Assembly (NCBI RefSeq): GCF_902713615.1
Contig: NC_052156.1
Span: 151,220,804-151,284,803, forward strand
DNA length: 64,000 nt
Source: Scyliorhinus canicula
Taxonomy: Eukaryota
Direction of reading: 5' to 3'
Below, one piece after another: positions 12,101-25,527 of the stretch (the stretch's first letter is position 1; each line of letters starts with the position of its first letter). The position numbers and the translations under genes are program-made. The notes under the pieces were generated by a model. That model searched no databases and was not told the DNA's origin. It was given only the letters and a program-made list of their open reading frames with translations.

Positions 12101-13432
12101 ATCTCTCCCAGTGCTAGTGGTGCTCCCAGATCCCGTTTTCTGCCCTATCCCACGACTGGTATGTCCAGTACATCAAGGAACCGGTTCATCCCAGCGTTCC
12201 CCGTTGGGGGCTCTGAGGTGTACAGCTCTTGGTAGAAGGCCTTGAAGGTTTTGTTAATCCTCTCTGGTTCTGTTTCCAACGTGCCTCCGGTACCCCTGAT
12301 TTGTGCAATTTCCCTGGTGGCTGCCTGCTTTCTCAGCTGGTGTGCCAACAGGCGGCTGGCTTTGTCTCCGTGTTCGTACAGGGTCCCGCGCGCCTGGCGG
12401 AGTTGGTGCACTGCTTTCCTGGTGGAGAGCAGGTCAAAGTTCCTTTGTAGTTCTTTTATCTCTGCCAGGAGCTCTACGGTCGGGGCCTCGGAGTATTTAC
12501 GGTCTACCTCCAGTATGGAGTCGACCAGCTTCTACCTAGCCACCCTTTCCTCCCTATCTCTTTGCGCTTTGAAGGCAATGATTTCCCCTCTTAGTACGGC
12601 CATAAGCCCTTCCCAGAACGTGGAGGATGAGATCTCCCCGTTTTGGTTGTTCTCTGTGTACTCTGCTATGGCCCGCGCTATCCTTTCGCTGAAGCCCTTG
12701 TCAGCTAGTAAGGCACCGTCCAACCTCCATGTGGGGCGCTGGGCCCTTCCCGTCTCTAGCCGCACGTCCATGTAGTGTGGAGCGTGGTCTGACATCACAA
12801 TTGCGGAGTATTCCACTTTGTCTATCCCTGGAAGCACCGTTTTCCCCACCACAAAGAAGTCAATTCTGGTGTACACGTTGTGTACTGGAGAGAAGGAGAA
12901 TTCTTTCTCCCCCGGGTGGGCGAACCTCCAGGGGTCCACTGCTCCCATCTGCTCCATAAAGTGACTGAGTTCCCTTGCCATGCTCGAGGTTTTCCCTGTT
13001 TTGGGGTTTGATCTGTCCGTCTTTGGATCCTGTACACAGTTGAAGTCCCCCCCCATGATTAGTCGATGCGTCGCTATGTCCGGGATTTCTGCCATAGTCT
13101 TTTTGATGAAACTCGTGTCATCCCAGTTGGGCGCGTACACGTTGACTAGAACTACCGGTGTCCCATCCAGGGCCCCGCTGACCATGACATACCGCCCCCC
13201 CTGGGTCTGTAACCGTCTTTGTCGCCCTAAACATTGTCCTCTTGCCGATCAGGATCGCCACCCCCCGTGGCCCTTGTCCCATAGCAGGAATGGTAGGTTT
13301 GTCCCACCCAACCCTTTCTTACCCACAGTTGGTCCTGCTCCCTCAGGTGCGTCTCTTGGAGGAAGACTATGTCGGCCCTCATGTTTCTGAGTGTGTTGGC
13401 TTTCTTTATCGGTTTAGTTTGTTCTGCTGACC
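9150..13432 (-). mobile_element. 5'-truncated L1/Tx1-clade LINE, frameshifted ORF2 (EN, RT, C-terminal Cys domain), 3' UTR and polyA
   Basis: IVFLQETHL, MGGDFN, SDH; GKAPGPDGFP...YRPISLLN...DAEKAFDRV; LYADD; T-rich tail with TTTATT near 9150-9185. Confidence 0.9.
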
Positions 13433-14079
13433 TAATTTGTGTGTTCCTGCACATGTCTTGATGATGAACTGTTTTCAGTTGGATAGTAAATCAAAATTCC
13501 CACTTCTGATTCAGGTGAATACTAATAAGCTGATGAGAGTTAAAACAGTGATGGAGATGGTGGGAATGGCACTTAATAAACTGCTCATTTCGAGAACTAA
13601 TCCAGACACAATAGGCTGAACATCCTGCTTTTGTCCTGCAATATTTCTGTGACTATGATTACAAAAGTGCTTTGGGACGTCGTGAGGTGTGAAAGGTGCT
13701 TCACAAAATTTCTTTAAAGGACTGCGATAATCTGGGATGCAAGAATTAGTTCCCTCACAAAGTTTATAGCACAGAAGAAGGCCATTTCGCACATTATGTC
13801 CATGCCGGACAAAAACAGAAAATCTAGTTCAGGGTTTCGCAAACTATGTTCAGAGCCACCCAGAGGTTCAGTGATAGGCCAGGCTCATATGTAAAATTTG
13901 AAGAATGCTATGGAGCTGTTTGTCCGATCAGTGATCTTATGAGCTAGGAACAGCACAAAACTCAAATCTCGATATTAGGCTGAGCACAGGCAGCAGAGCG
14001 TGGCGAAAGTGGACCTCAGGTCCAGATGAGAGCAGTTCTCAGAGCCAGATAGAGTGGGCCTTGGAGACAGATGGGAGTG

Positions 14080-14372
14080 GACCTCGCAGAGAGACGAGAG
14101 AGTGTTTTTGTGTTTGAAAGAGACGAATGTGTCTGTGTGAAACAGAAGAGAGTGTATATGAGAGAGAAAAATGTGTGTGCGTGTAAGAGACAAGTGTGCG
14201 TGCAAGTGAGACAAGTGTGTGCATGAGAGACAAGTGTATGTGTGAGAGAAAGACAAGAGTGTGTGTGTGTGAGAGAAGATTGTGCGTGTGTGCAAGAGAC
14301 GAGTGTGTGTGTGTGAGAAGAGAAGAGCGTGTGTGTGTGTGAAAAGAAAAGTGTGCGTGTGTGTGTGTGTGT
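14080..14372. repeat. Degenerate (TG)n/(GA)n simple repeat
   Basis: Directly visible; explains the His/Thr-rich spurious ORFs at 13975 and 14039. Confidence 0.9.
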
Positions 14373-15061
14373 AGTAACGACAAGGGGAGTGTGGCGAGTT
14401 CACAGGGAGACATTTATTCAGCTTTACAGCGACACTTACATACGGCCCAGTTACACATATCCGGGTTTTTACTCAATTCTGGCAGCGAAGAGATTGAGGT
14501 ATAACTATTGTGTTCAAAAGAAGTACTACTCCATTAATGATACTGAATTCGGATCTTATTTTGTAGAACTCCATACATTGACCTCGGGGCCACTGAGTTG
14601 ATGTTCCTCATCACCTTTGAAGAGTTTGATCCTTCCTGGTCTCTTCTTGGACCTCACGTAGTTTCGTTTCTGATACTGGTAGTAGTGTTGAATTAAGATT
14701 GACATGCAGATCTACATCTTCAGCAATTTCATTACTAATATTTTATATTGCCGCTCTCGATAATGTATCTGCTAAGAACAAATATTTGCCTGCTGTGTAG
14801 ATGAGATTGAAATCATAGCATTGTAAGTTCATCATCAACCTCTGAATACGCAGAGACATTTGAGATTCTTCTTGATGATATTAACCAAAGGACGATGATT
14901 TGTCTCAACTGTGAAAGCTGGAGAGACCATACACGTAGCCGTGGAATTTCTCCAAGCCTACAACTAAATCTAGGCATTCTTTTTCGATTTGAGCGTACCT
15001 CTGCTCTGTTGTCGTCATGGATTGTGATGCATATGCGACTGGTTTCCAATAGTCATGCTCT

Positions 15062-15287
15062 TTTTTAATATGAATTTAGAGTACCAAATTCATCTTTTCC
15101 AATTAAGGGGCAATTTAGCATGGCCAATCCACCTACCCTGCATATCTTTGGGTTGTGGGGGTGAAACCTACGCACACACGGGGAGAATGTGCAAACTGCA
15201 CACGGACAGTGACTCAGGGCCGGGATCAAACCTGGGACTTTGGTGCCGTGAGGCTGCAATGCTAACCACTGCGCCACCGACCTGCCC
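15062..15287 (-). mobile_element. HE1-related SINE inserted in Gypsy pol
   Basis: Reverse complement of the 1950-2177 family. Confidence 0.8.
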
Positions 15288-16342
15288 TCAATCGTCATGC
15301 TTGAGTTGCAGAAGAACTGCCCCTAGACCATCTTTTGACGGGTCTGTTGACTCTTTAATCTGCTTAGATGGGTCAAAAAATATGAGAACTGGGGTGGTGG
15401 TTAGTGAAGTCTTGAGCTTCTTCCACTCTTACTCATGTTGCTCAGTCCAAGTGAAATACATTGTCTTGTGCAGGAGATCGCGTAGATGTGTTGTTTTTTG
15501 CTGACAGGTTTGAATGAATTTCCCTATAAAATTGATCATACCCATCACTCGTAAGATGGCTTTCTTGTCATGTGGTTGTGGCATGTTGAGAATTGCTTGG
15601 ATTTTGTCCTTGTCAGGTTCAATGCTTTGCAACGAGAGCTTGTCACCTAGGAATGTGACCTTGGTTACACCAAATTGGCACTTTTGCTTGTTGAACTTAA
15701 GCCCATTTCTCCTGATGCTCATTAGAACTTTAAGCAACCTTGTATTGTGTTCTTCTATGGTTGAGCCCCAAATCATGCTATCATCCATGTACACCTTCGA
15801 TGTCTTTGATTATGTGCTCCATGGCACAGTGAAAATCTCTTATGCCGAAATTATGCCAAACGGCATTCTCAGAAAGCAATACCATCAAAATGACGTATTA
15901 AAAGTGCAGTACTTTGTACTTTGTTCCTCTAGCTTTAGCTGATAGGAACCTTGAGAAGCTTAAAGCTTCGTAAAGAATTGTGCACCGGCCATCTCAGATG
16001 TGATTTACTCATGCTTTGGTATTTAGTAGTGTTCTCGTTAAGATCTTTGGGATCCATACATATGCGAATATCACCATTCTTTTTCTTTACACATACCATG
16101 GAATTTACCCAATTGGTAGGTTCTTCTATCTTTCTGATTGCTTTTAATTTTGTCATTCTGTATAGCTCATTTTTGAAGTGATCCCGAAGAGGTACAGGTA
16201 CTCTTCTTGGCACGTATCACACGTTTTGCATCCTCTTTGAGTTGCGTCTTGTAGGTGAATGGTGGTGCACCAAAACCTGTGAACACATCGCTGAATTTGC
16301 TGATAATGTCCTCAGAATTGTTGGAGTGTTAATCCAATCCTT

Positions 16343-16794
16343 TGTGGGGGCTATATACCAACTGCACTAGACCTAATTGTTCTCAGGACTGTAGCCATCT
16401 GGGATGGCCACTTCCAGAATACAAAATGGATTCTCGCAATGACTGTAGGGAACAATGGACAATGTTAAGAAAGCAAGCAGGCACAGAGCCTCAGATCCGA
16501 ACAACAGCCATTGTTCCTCTAACTGAGTGGGCACCTGAAGCTAAGTATAGGCGTTAGCGTTAGAGATAGTTTAGTCTGTAGTCATTTGTGCATGAGTAGA
16601 TATTACTGTGTGTGTAAATAAATAGTATTGACTTTGAATTAACTAACTGGTGCATTGGCTCTTTGATCAGTATTCGGGTTTGAACCTTGTGGCGGTATTG
16701 AGAGATACCTGATGACTCTAGAGCAAACATAATTAGGATTAACAAAGGCGACCATATTGACCGCCATACTTATAACCAAATAAATATAGCAACA
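16343..16794 (+). mobile_element. Possible solo LTR inside the Gypsy element
   Basis: TGT...ACA termini and internal AATAAA-like signals; interrupts the gag-pol homology. No TSD found. Confidence 0.4.
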
Positions 16795-16816
16795 GGACTG
16801 ATCCTCTAATGATGAA

Positions 16817-17163
16817 GGGCAGCACGGTAGCATGATGGTTAGCATAAATGCTTCACAGCTCCAGGGTCCCAGGTTCGATTCCCGGCTGGGTCACTGTCTG
16901 TGTGGAGTCTGCACGTCCTCCCCGTGTGTGCGTGGGTTTCCTCCGGGTGCTCCGGTTTCCTCTCACAGTCCAAAGATGTGTGGGTTAGGTGGATTGGCCA
17001 TGCTAAATTGCCCGTAGTGTCCTAAAAAGTAAGGTTAAGGGGTGGGGGGTTGTTGGGTTACGGGTATAGGGTAGATACGTGGGTTTGAGTAGGGTGATCA
17101 TGGCTCGGCACAACATCGAAGGCCGAAGGGCCTGTTCTGTGCTGTACTGTTCTATGTTCTATG
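16817..17163 (+). mobile_element. HE1-type SINE
   Basis: Near-identical to 2448-2790, with a (TTCTATG)n tail. Confidence 0.85.
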
Positions 17164-19952
17164 ATGAATCCATGCCCTTGGATACAATACGGAATAGGTT
17201 AGAATAAACTGTGTTCTTCACCACCACACTCGGGTCACAAGCACCATAACATTTAATGCTTGAACCATTATAATCTCTCGGAGATATTTTGTGGTTTCTT
17301 CTAATCAGCTGGAAGTTTCCCGCCTTTTTGGAAAAAGGGCGGGAACGGACGCTTTCCTCCAAGAAGACGCCGCCATTACTGAGAAACATTTTAGAATGCT
17401 GCACTGCTAAACCATGAGCCTGACAAATCTTGACTGTTTGTTCCAAGGAAAGCTCCGATTCCCTCAGCAGCCGTTCCCTCAGCTTATTTTCATTTACACC
17501 AAACACAATTTGGTCCCGAATCATGGAAGATTCCACCGCAGAAAAATTACAGGTTTTAGCTTTTAACTTTACATCAGTGATGAAAATATCTATGGACTCT
17601 TCTGTCTTCTGTAAACATCATCTAAACACATAGCGATCATAAATTTAATTCTTTCTGGGGGTGCAATATTCATCAAATCTTCGAATTACTTTGTTAAAAT
17701 TTTTACTTCTCATTTTCAAATTTAAATGTATTAAACACAGCAATTGCTTCAGGCCCTGCCGCTGTTAGGAGCATTGCTACCTTACACAAATCTGATTGAT
17801 CCCCTAAATTTACTGCAGCAAGAAACAGATTGAATTGTTGTTTAAACACGCCAGTTGCTGTCACATTACCATGAAATCTGAGACCCATTGGTGGCTTCAA
17901 CGACTCCATGTTTTTCATTCTTGCAGTCTACAAAATGTTCAAATCTCTGTGGACCTTGTGGCAGGCTTGTGTTTAATACCATCCAGCCCTGGTACCATGT
18001 AATGTTCTTGTCGGGTGGCCTGATTTATATTACATGAACACTTGTAGCTAAAATGATAAATGATTTATTAACATTAACTGTGGGTCAAGTATATACAAAA
18101 CAACAGATGAATAACAGTATGAATATGCACAAGCAACCTCTCTCCCAGCTCCCTCGTCAGTCTGAAGTCACCTGACTCTAACATTCATTCATATACTAAT
18201 GAGACACCAAGGGGTCAGTCGGTGAATTACAACCACGATATCACTACACTCTGGTTACAAGATTAACTTTACTAAGTGTGAGGCCATGCCGGAGGGGGTG
18301 TTGAGGGGTAAACTGTCTCCCTTACTAACCTTCCCTTTACATGGTTACCCCATGTGATTTAAATATCAGGCAGATATTTAGACAGTTATATTGGGCCAAC
18401 TTCCCGCAGTTGATCGCAGCTATAAGGTGGGATCTTTATCGGAGGTTCGCGCTCCTGATGTCATGGCTATGGAGGATTGCCCTCATTAAAATGAACGTGT
18501 TGCCCAGATTGTTGTATCCCTCCAAATGCTGCAAATATTGTTGTCGGCTAGAATTGTTAAAGAAATGATTGGATTGATTTGTTCATTCATTTGGAAAAAA
18601 AATAAACCACGCCTTAAATTTGCTAAGTTTCCATTATAAGAGCTGGTTAAAGGGATAGGGAACATGCAGTCGGGGAAGGCGCCGGGGCCGGATGGGTTCC
18701 CGGTTGAATTTTACAAGGCGTATACAGACCAGCTGGGCCCCCTGTTGGTTAGGACCTTCAACAAGGCGGGGGGGGGGGGGGGGGGGGGGGGGCTTTGCCC
18801 CTGACGATGTCTCGGGCGCTGATCTCCTTGATCCTTAAGCGAGACAAGGATCCCCTGCAGTGTGGGTCATACAGGCCGATCTCACTCCTGAATGTGGACG
18901 CCAAGTTGTTGGCAAAGATCTTAGACACAAGGATAGAAGATTGTGTGCCGCAGGTTATCCACGAGGATCAAACGGGGTTTGTGGAGGGGAGGCAGCTGAA
19001 CACTAATATACGGAGGCTCTTGAACGTTATTATGATGCCGGCGGTGGAAGGGGTGGCGGAGATAGTGGTGGCGCTAGATGCGGAGAAGGCCTTTGATAGA
19101 GTCGAGTGGGGGTACTTGTGGGAGGTGCTGGAAAGGTTCGGGTTTGGGGAGGGGTTTGTCAGTTGGGTGAGGCTATTGTATGAGGCCCCGATGGCGAGTG
19201 TGGCCACGAATAAGAGGAGGTCGCAGTATTTTCGACTATACCGAGGGCAATTGCGCTGGCAATTGAACCCCTGGCTATGGCGCTGAGGGAGTCGGGGGAT
19301 TGGAGAGGGCTGGTCCGAGGTGGGGAGGAGCACCGAGTGTCGCTCTATGCGGATGGCCTATTGTTGTATTGTTGGATGGCGGACCCGGTGGGGGGAATGC
19401 CGGTGATGATGGGGATTCTCTGGGAATTTGGGGATTTCTCAGGGTATAAGCTTAACTTTGGGAAAAGCGAGCTGTTTGTGGTACACCCGGTGGACCAGGA
19501 GGAGGGGGATTTGGAGGCTCCCACTGAAAAGTGGGAGAGAAGCTTCAGGTACTTGGGGGTTCAGGTGGCCAGGAGCTGGGGGGCCTTGCATAAGCTAAAC
19601 CTCACAAGGCTGGTGGAGCAAATGGAGGAGGAGTTTAAGAGGTGGGACATGCTGCCGCTGTCTTTGACGGGTAGGATGCAATCAGTCAAGATGACGGTGC
19701 TCCCAGGTTTCTGTTCCAGTGCCTCCCATCCTTATCCCGAAGGCCTTTTTCAGGCGGGTTAACAGGAGCATTACGGGGTTTGTGTGGGCACACGGGACTC
19801 CAAGGGTGAGACGGGTGTTCTTGAAGCGGGGCAGGGGTGGGGGGGGGGGGGGGGGGGGACTGGTGTTGCCCAACCTCTGTGGGTATTATTGGGCTGTCAA
19901 CGCAGCAATGGTGCATAAGTGGGTAGTGGACGGGGAGGGGGTGGCATGGAAG

Positions 19953-22900
19953 TGTGTTGTTCCTCGTGTCTTAATAAAGCTCGTAGTCTCAAAGGTGGAG
20001 AAGATGCTTTTTGTGAATTTGTTCTGTCTTCAGAGCTTAACTTACGGCTACCTCAAATGCTGCCTGCCTGTGTGTCTGTGTCCTGCTCCCAGTTCTGCCT
20101 TCTGTGAAGTGTGTCCTCACTTCCTGTCCTTGTGTATTTATAGCTCTCCCGTGCTCCCTCTGGTGCTTGGTCAGTTGTATTGCATCTACTCAGATCTACA
20201 ATCACCACATCCCCCTTTTTTTCTTTACATATTTTCTGTACATCGTTAAAGAAAATTGGACAAAACAGTTACTTATGATATGTGTATCTATACAAGTGAT
20301 GGTGCTATTGAATATTTTACAAAGCCAATTTATATTTATGAGTTCACTCTTTAATAAAAACATTTATGAGTCCAAACTTGATGAATTTGTTCACTGAGTT
20401 TTTTCTTTTGTTGTTGACGTGGTGAATGTTGTCGGTGTTCTTGTTATTTTAAGTAACCAATGTGTCATCCCGAGGTGTTTGCATGGTCGAACCACTGATG
20501 TTGACTGACATGGACTTTTTTCTGTGCTTGTGGTATCGATTTATTATGTCATCTGCCTTGAAAGCTGGTGTGCTTGCTTGTTCTGGAGCAGATGTGAGTT
20601 TGTGCACTTCATTATCATCCCATGGCATGTTTGTAGTCTTGTCATTGTTTTGCAGTGTGCTGTGGCATTGTCCTCCATGTGTAGAGTTGTACCATTTTGT
20701 ACAAGTCGTTGTTTCATTGCTGTTGTTTCTGTCGTTCCTGTCTTTGTTGTTTATGTTGCCGTTCTTGTTGCCGTTTTTGTCGTTTCTGTCTTTGTTGTTG
20801 TCGCTATCTTTGTTATGCTTCTTGTTGGTTTTGGTGTTCTTCTTGTAGTTTTTGTCGTTGTGCTTGTAGTTTTTGTTGGTGCTGTTTTGTTGTTCTTGTT
20901 TCTGCAGTGCTTCTTGCGATTTTTGTTGTTCTTGTCACGCTTCATATTGCTTTTGTTCTTGCTGTTGTTGTTCTCGTTTCTGCTGTGCTTCTTGTGGCTT
21001 TTGTTTTTCTTGTTATGCTCAATGAGTGTCCCGTGTGGATAATTTGAGTCATTGTCACAGTTATTGGTGCAAGTGTCCTTTGTGGAATCTGTTGCATTGA
21101 CGTTTCGTCTCGAGAATGGTGAGACTGATCTGATGTTGCATTGATGCTGGTGACATCAGTCATTTGTGGTGGATTTGATTCCTCGTCTTTGCTTTCTTGG
21201 TGCTCTTATTCTGGAGTCAAATTCTTCACTATTTCATTTGACGCGGTCTCTCTGGACTCTTGCCGTTCCTCTTCTGGAGTCAAAATCTTCATGGTTTCTA
21301 TTGGCGTGGTCTCACTGGACTCTTGGTGCTCCTCTTCTGGAGTCAAAATCTGGATGGTTTCTATTGGCGTGGTCTCTCTGGACTCTTGGGTGGCCCTACT
21401 CTGCTTCTGTACAGACAAGCTGAGAACTGTCAGTCTCGCTGTGATCCTGTACCTCCTGTATGTCGAGTGTGATCACCTTGTCACTGATTTTGCATGCAGT
21501 GGGTAGATGTACATTGTCTTCTTACATAAGAACATAAGAACTAGGAGCAGGAGTAGGCCATCTGGCCCCTCGAGCCTGCTCCGCCATTCAATGAGATCAT
21601 GGCTGATCTTTTGTGGACTCAGCTCCACTTTCCGGCCCGAACACCATAACCCTTAATCCCTTTATTCTTCAAAAAACTATCTATCTTTACCTTAAAAACA
21701 TGTAATGAAGGAGCCTCAACTGCTTCACTGGGCAAGGAATTCCATAGATTCACAACCCTTTGGGTGAAGAAGTTCCTCCTAAACTCAGTTCTAAATCTAC
21801 TTCCCCTTATTTTGAGGCTATGCCCCCTAGTTCTGCTGTCACCCGCCAGTGGAAACAACCTGCCCGCATCTATCCTATCTATTCCCTTCATAATTTTAAA
21901 TGTTTCTATAAGATCCCCCCTCATCCTTCTAAATTCCAACAAGTACAGTCCCAGTCTACTCAACCTCTCCTCATAATCCAACCCCTTCAGCTCTGGGATT
22001 AACCTAGTGAATCTCCTCTGCACACCCTCCAGCGCCAGTACATCCTTTCTCAAGTAAGGAGACCAAAACTGAACACAATACTCCAGGTGTGGCCGCACTA
22101 ACACCTTATACAATTGCAACATAACCTCCCTAGTCTTAAACTCCATCCCTCTAGCAATGAAGGACAAAATTCCATTTGCCTTCTTAATCACCTGTTGCAC
22201 TTGTAAACCAACCTTCTGTGACTCATGCACTAGCACACCCAAGTCTCTCTGAACAGCGGCATGCTTTAATATTTTATCGTTTAAATAATAATCCCGTTTG
22301 CTGTTATTCCTACCAAAATGGATAACCTCACATTTGTCAACATTGTATTCCATCTGCCAGACCCGAGCCCATTCACTTAACCTATCCAAATCCCTCTGCA
22401 GACTTCCAGTATCCTCTGCACTTTTCGCTTTACCACTCATCTTAGTGTCATCTGCAAACTTGGACACATTGCCCTTGGTCCCCAACTCCAAATCATCAAT
22501 GTAAATTGTGAACAATTGTGGGCCCAACATGGATCCCTGAGGGACACCACTAGCTACTGATTGCCAACCAGAGAAACACCCATTAATCCCAACTCTTTGC
22601 TTTCTATTAATTAACCAATCCTCTATCCATGCTACTACTTTACCCTTAATGCCATGCATCTTTATCTTATGCAGCAACCTTTTGTGTGGCACCTTGTCAA
22701 AGGCTTTCTGGAAATCCAGATATACCACATCCATCGGCTCCCCGTTATCTACTGCACTGGTAATGTCCTCAAAAAATTCCACTAAATTAGTTAGGCACGA
22801 CCTGCCTTTTACGAACCCATGCTGCGTCTGCCCAATGGGACAATTTCTATCCAGATGCCTCGCAATTTCTTCCTTGATGATAGATTCCAGCATCTTCCCT

Positions 22901-25527
22901 ATTACCGAAGTTAAACTCACTGGCCTATAATTTCCTGCTTTCTGCCTACCTCCTTTTTTAAACAGTGGCGTCACGTTTGCTAATTTCCAATCCACCGGGA
23001 CCACCCCAGAGTCTAGTGAATTTCGGTAAATTATCACTAGTGCATCTGCAATTTCCCTAGCCATCTCTTTTAGCACTCTGGGATGCATTCCATCAGGGCC
23101 AGGAGACTTGTCTACCTTTAGCCCCATTAGCTTGCCCATCACTCCCTCCTTAGTGATAACAATCCTCTCAAGGTCCTCACCTGTCATAGCCTCATTTCTA
23201 TCAGTCACTGACATGTTATTTGTGTCTTCCACTGTGAAGACCGACCCAAAAAACCTGTTCAGTTCCTCAGCCATTTCCTCATTTCCCATTATTAAAACTC
23301 CCTTCTCATCCTCTAAAGGACCAATATTTACCTTAGCCACTCTTTTTTGTCTTATATATTTGTAGAAACTTTTACTATCTGTTTTTATATTCTGAGCAAG
23401 TTTACTCTCATACTCTATCTTACTCTTCTTTATAGCTTTTTTAGTAGCTTTCTGTTGCCCCCTAAAGATTTCCCAGTCCTCTAATCTCCCAGCAATCTTT
23501 GCCACTTTATATGCTTTTTCCTTCAATTTGATACTCTCCCTTATTTCCTTAGATATCCACGGTCGATTTTCCCTCTTTCTTCCGTCCTTCCTTTTTGTTG
23601 TTATAAACCTTTGCTGAGCACTGTGAAAAATCGCTTGGAAGGTTCTCCACTGTTTCTCAACTGTTCCACCATAAAGTCTTAGCTCCCAGTCTACCTTAGC
23701 TAGTTCTTCTCTCATCCCTTCTTCTTGTTTATGTGAGCTTGGTAGACTTTCATAGTCTGCTTGCGGTTGCTCAGATACGGCGGGTTGACCTTCATGGTCT
23801 TGTTCATGCATGGTGTTTGCAAGGGAGTGTTTGCTTGCTTCCCTTTTGGAGTCTTTCATCACTCTCATTGTGGAGCCTTTCTGTGCTCTCTGTGTGGCGT
23901 CGTCTTTGTCTTGGGTATTGCTGTCATCCAATGTATCGTTGGTGTTGGTGTTGGATTCCTCTACCACGAGTAGATTCGTGTTGAGCTTTGCGACCGTGTC
24001 GCTGATGCTGTGATCAGTATATCCGAATACTCAGCCATGTTTGAGTAGTATTCTTCGAAAACCAAATCATCTTAGTTGGATTCATCTACCACGAGTAGAT
24101 TTGTGTTGAGCTTTGCGACCGTGTTGCTGACGCTGTGATCAGCATATCCGAATAACTCAGCCATGTCTGAGTAGTATTCTTCGAAAAACAAATCATCTTT
24201 TTTTGTTTCGGATTTCTTTTTGTTCTCTTCACTTTGGGTGGTGCACACTGCTTTTTCCAGGGTGTTGTGAGAGTTATTTTCAACTGCTGGTTTAAGTTCA
24301 GGCGTTTTTCTGTGTTCTGAGGCAAGAAAATTTGGTTTTACAGCTTTAAATATCTTGTTTTCAATTTTCGGACATTTCCCTTTTAAGTAGGCGTGGTCCG
24401 GATGCTCAGACGTCATGATGCTCGTGACATCATGCGTAGGAATCAATTGCGCATGCGCAAATCGGCCTTCCTTTACTGTGCGGTTTTGTGTCCACTGCGC
24501 ATGCACGGCTTGTGCATGCGCATAACGATCAGCAACAAGGACTTTTTTCCGCGCATGCGCAGAACGCAAAACTGGTGATTGTAACTGCGCATGCGCGGCT
24601 TCCGTTTCCTGCGCATGCGCAGACGCAGTTTTTTGTTCTTTGTCTCCCAGATACTGTAAAATGTGCTCCAACACCATTTTATCGCGGATTTCAGCGTTTT
24701 TTCTTTCTGAAAGTTGTAAGTTACCTTTTCCTTTCGATCTGAACTGGACCTCAGCATTTTGGCTTTGTGAAAAATTCAAGTTAATTCTTCTTTTTGATTT
24801 GTACTTTTCACTCACGATTTCTTGACTGAACCCATTATTCTTTGATAGTGATTGTTTAAGTTTTGGATCACTCAGTCTCTGTGCAGTTTGGCCTCTGAGC
24901 ATACTGTGCTGTTCAAATTCCATACAGTACTCTTCAAATTTTTTTAGTATTATTTGTAAGTTTTGAGTATTTAAATCCATTATATACTTTCCTAGCTTCA
25001 TGTCCTGCGATGAGCATTGCTATTTTAATTTGTCTGAGGCTACTGCTACATCATTAGCTATGATATAAAAATCGAACATTTGTTTAAATATTTTCCAGAC
25101 ATTTCTTACATTGCCGGTTATGTCCAGCTGAGGTGGGGTTCCAAGCCATATCCTCGAATAAGCGATGTCTTCCCAAGTCGAATGTCCAGTAGAAGTTTTT
25201 CTTGCCATTTTATTCTTTCTGTGTCTGCAGCTGAGTTGTCTTGTAGTAAGCGTCTGAAGCCACTCCTGGTTACCATGTGTTGTTCCTCATGTCTTAATAA
25301 AGCTCGTAGTCTCAAAGGTGGAGAAGATGCTTTATTGTGAATTAGTTCTGTCTTCAGAGCTTAACTTACGGCTACCTCAAAAGCTGCCTGCCTGTGTGTC
25401 TGTGTCCTGCTCTCAGTTCTGCCTTCCGTGAAGTGTGTCCTCACTTCCTGTCCCTGTGTATTTATAGCTCTCCCGTGCTCCCTCTAGTGCTTGCTCAGTT
25501 GTATTGCTCAGATCTACAATCACCACA
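19953..25527 (-). mobile_element. Two-LTR, pol-less (non-autonomous) Gypsy-related element
   Basis: LTRs at 19953-20209 and 25276-25527 are near-identical with TG...CA ends. 5-bp TSD GGAAG (19948-19952, 25528-25532). PBS-like TGGTAACCAGGAGTGG next to the 5' LTR, PPT AAGAAAAAAAGGGGGA next to the 3' LTR, gag-like N-terminus. No LTR-type RT, RNase H or integrase motifs seen. Confidence 0.9.
21524..23719 (-). mobile_element. 5'-truncated CR1 with uninterrupted RT frame, inserted in the LTR element
   Basis: (TTCTTATG)n tail at 21524; TSD TCTTCTT at 21517-21523 and 23720-23726; RT motifs KSPGPDG, YLDFQKAFD, FADD with no stop until 21619. Confidence 0.93.

Larger units (their letters stand above)
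14450..18248 (-). mobile_element. Decayed Gypsy LTR retrotransposon: 5' LTR 17998-18248, gag ~17920-17170, RT ~16340-15430, RNase H ~15050-14700; 3' LTR not found
   Basis: LTR TGT...ACA followed on the minus strand by PBS-like TGGTACCAG. gag FKQQFNLFLAA/MIRDQIVFG; RT EEPTNWVNSMV...RICMDP, YMDD; RNase H-like LQCYDFNLIYTAGKYLFLADTLSR. Confidence 0.88.

Noticed and set aside
13975-14413. His/Thr-rich ORFs
   Set aside because: Translations of a (CA)n-type simple repeat.
20524-21042. Very hydrophobic 172-aa plus-strand ORF resembling a multi-pass membrane protein
   Set aside because: It is the antisense mirror of the (GTT/TTG)-rich low-complexity tract in the LTR element.
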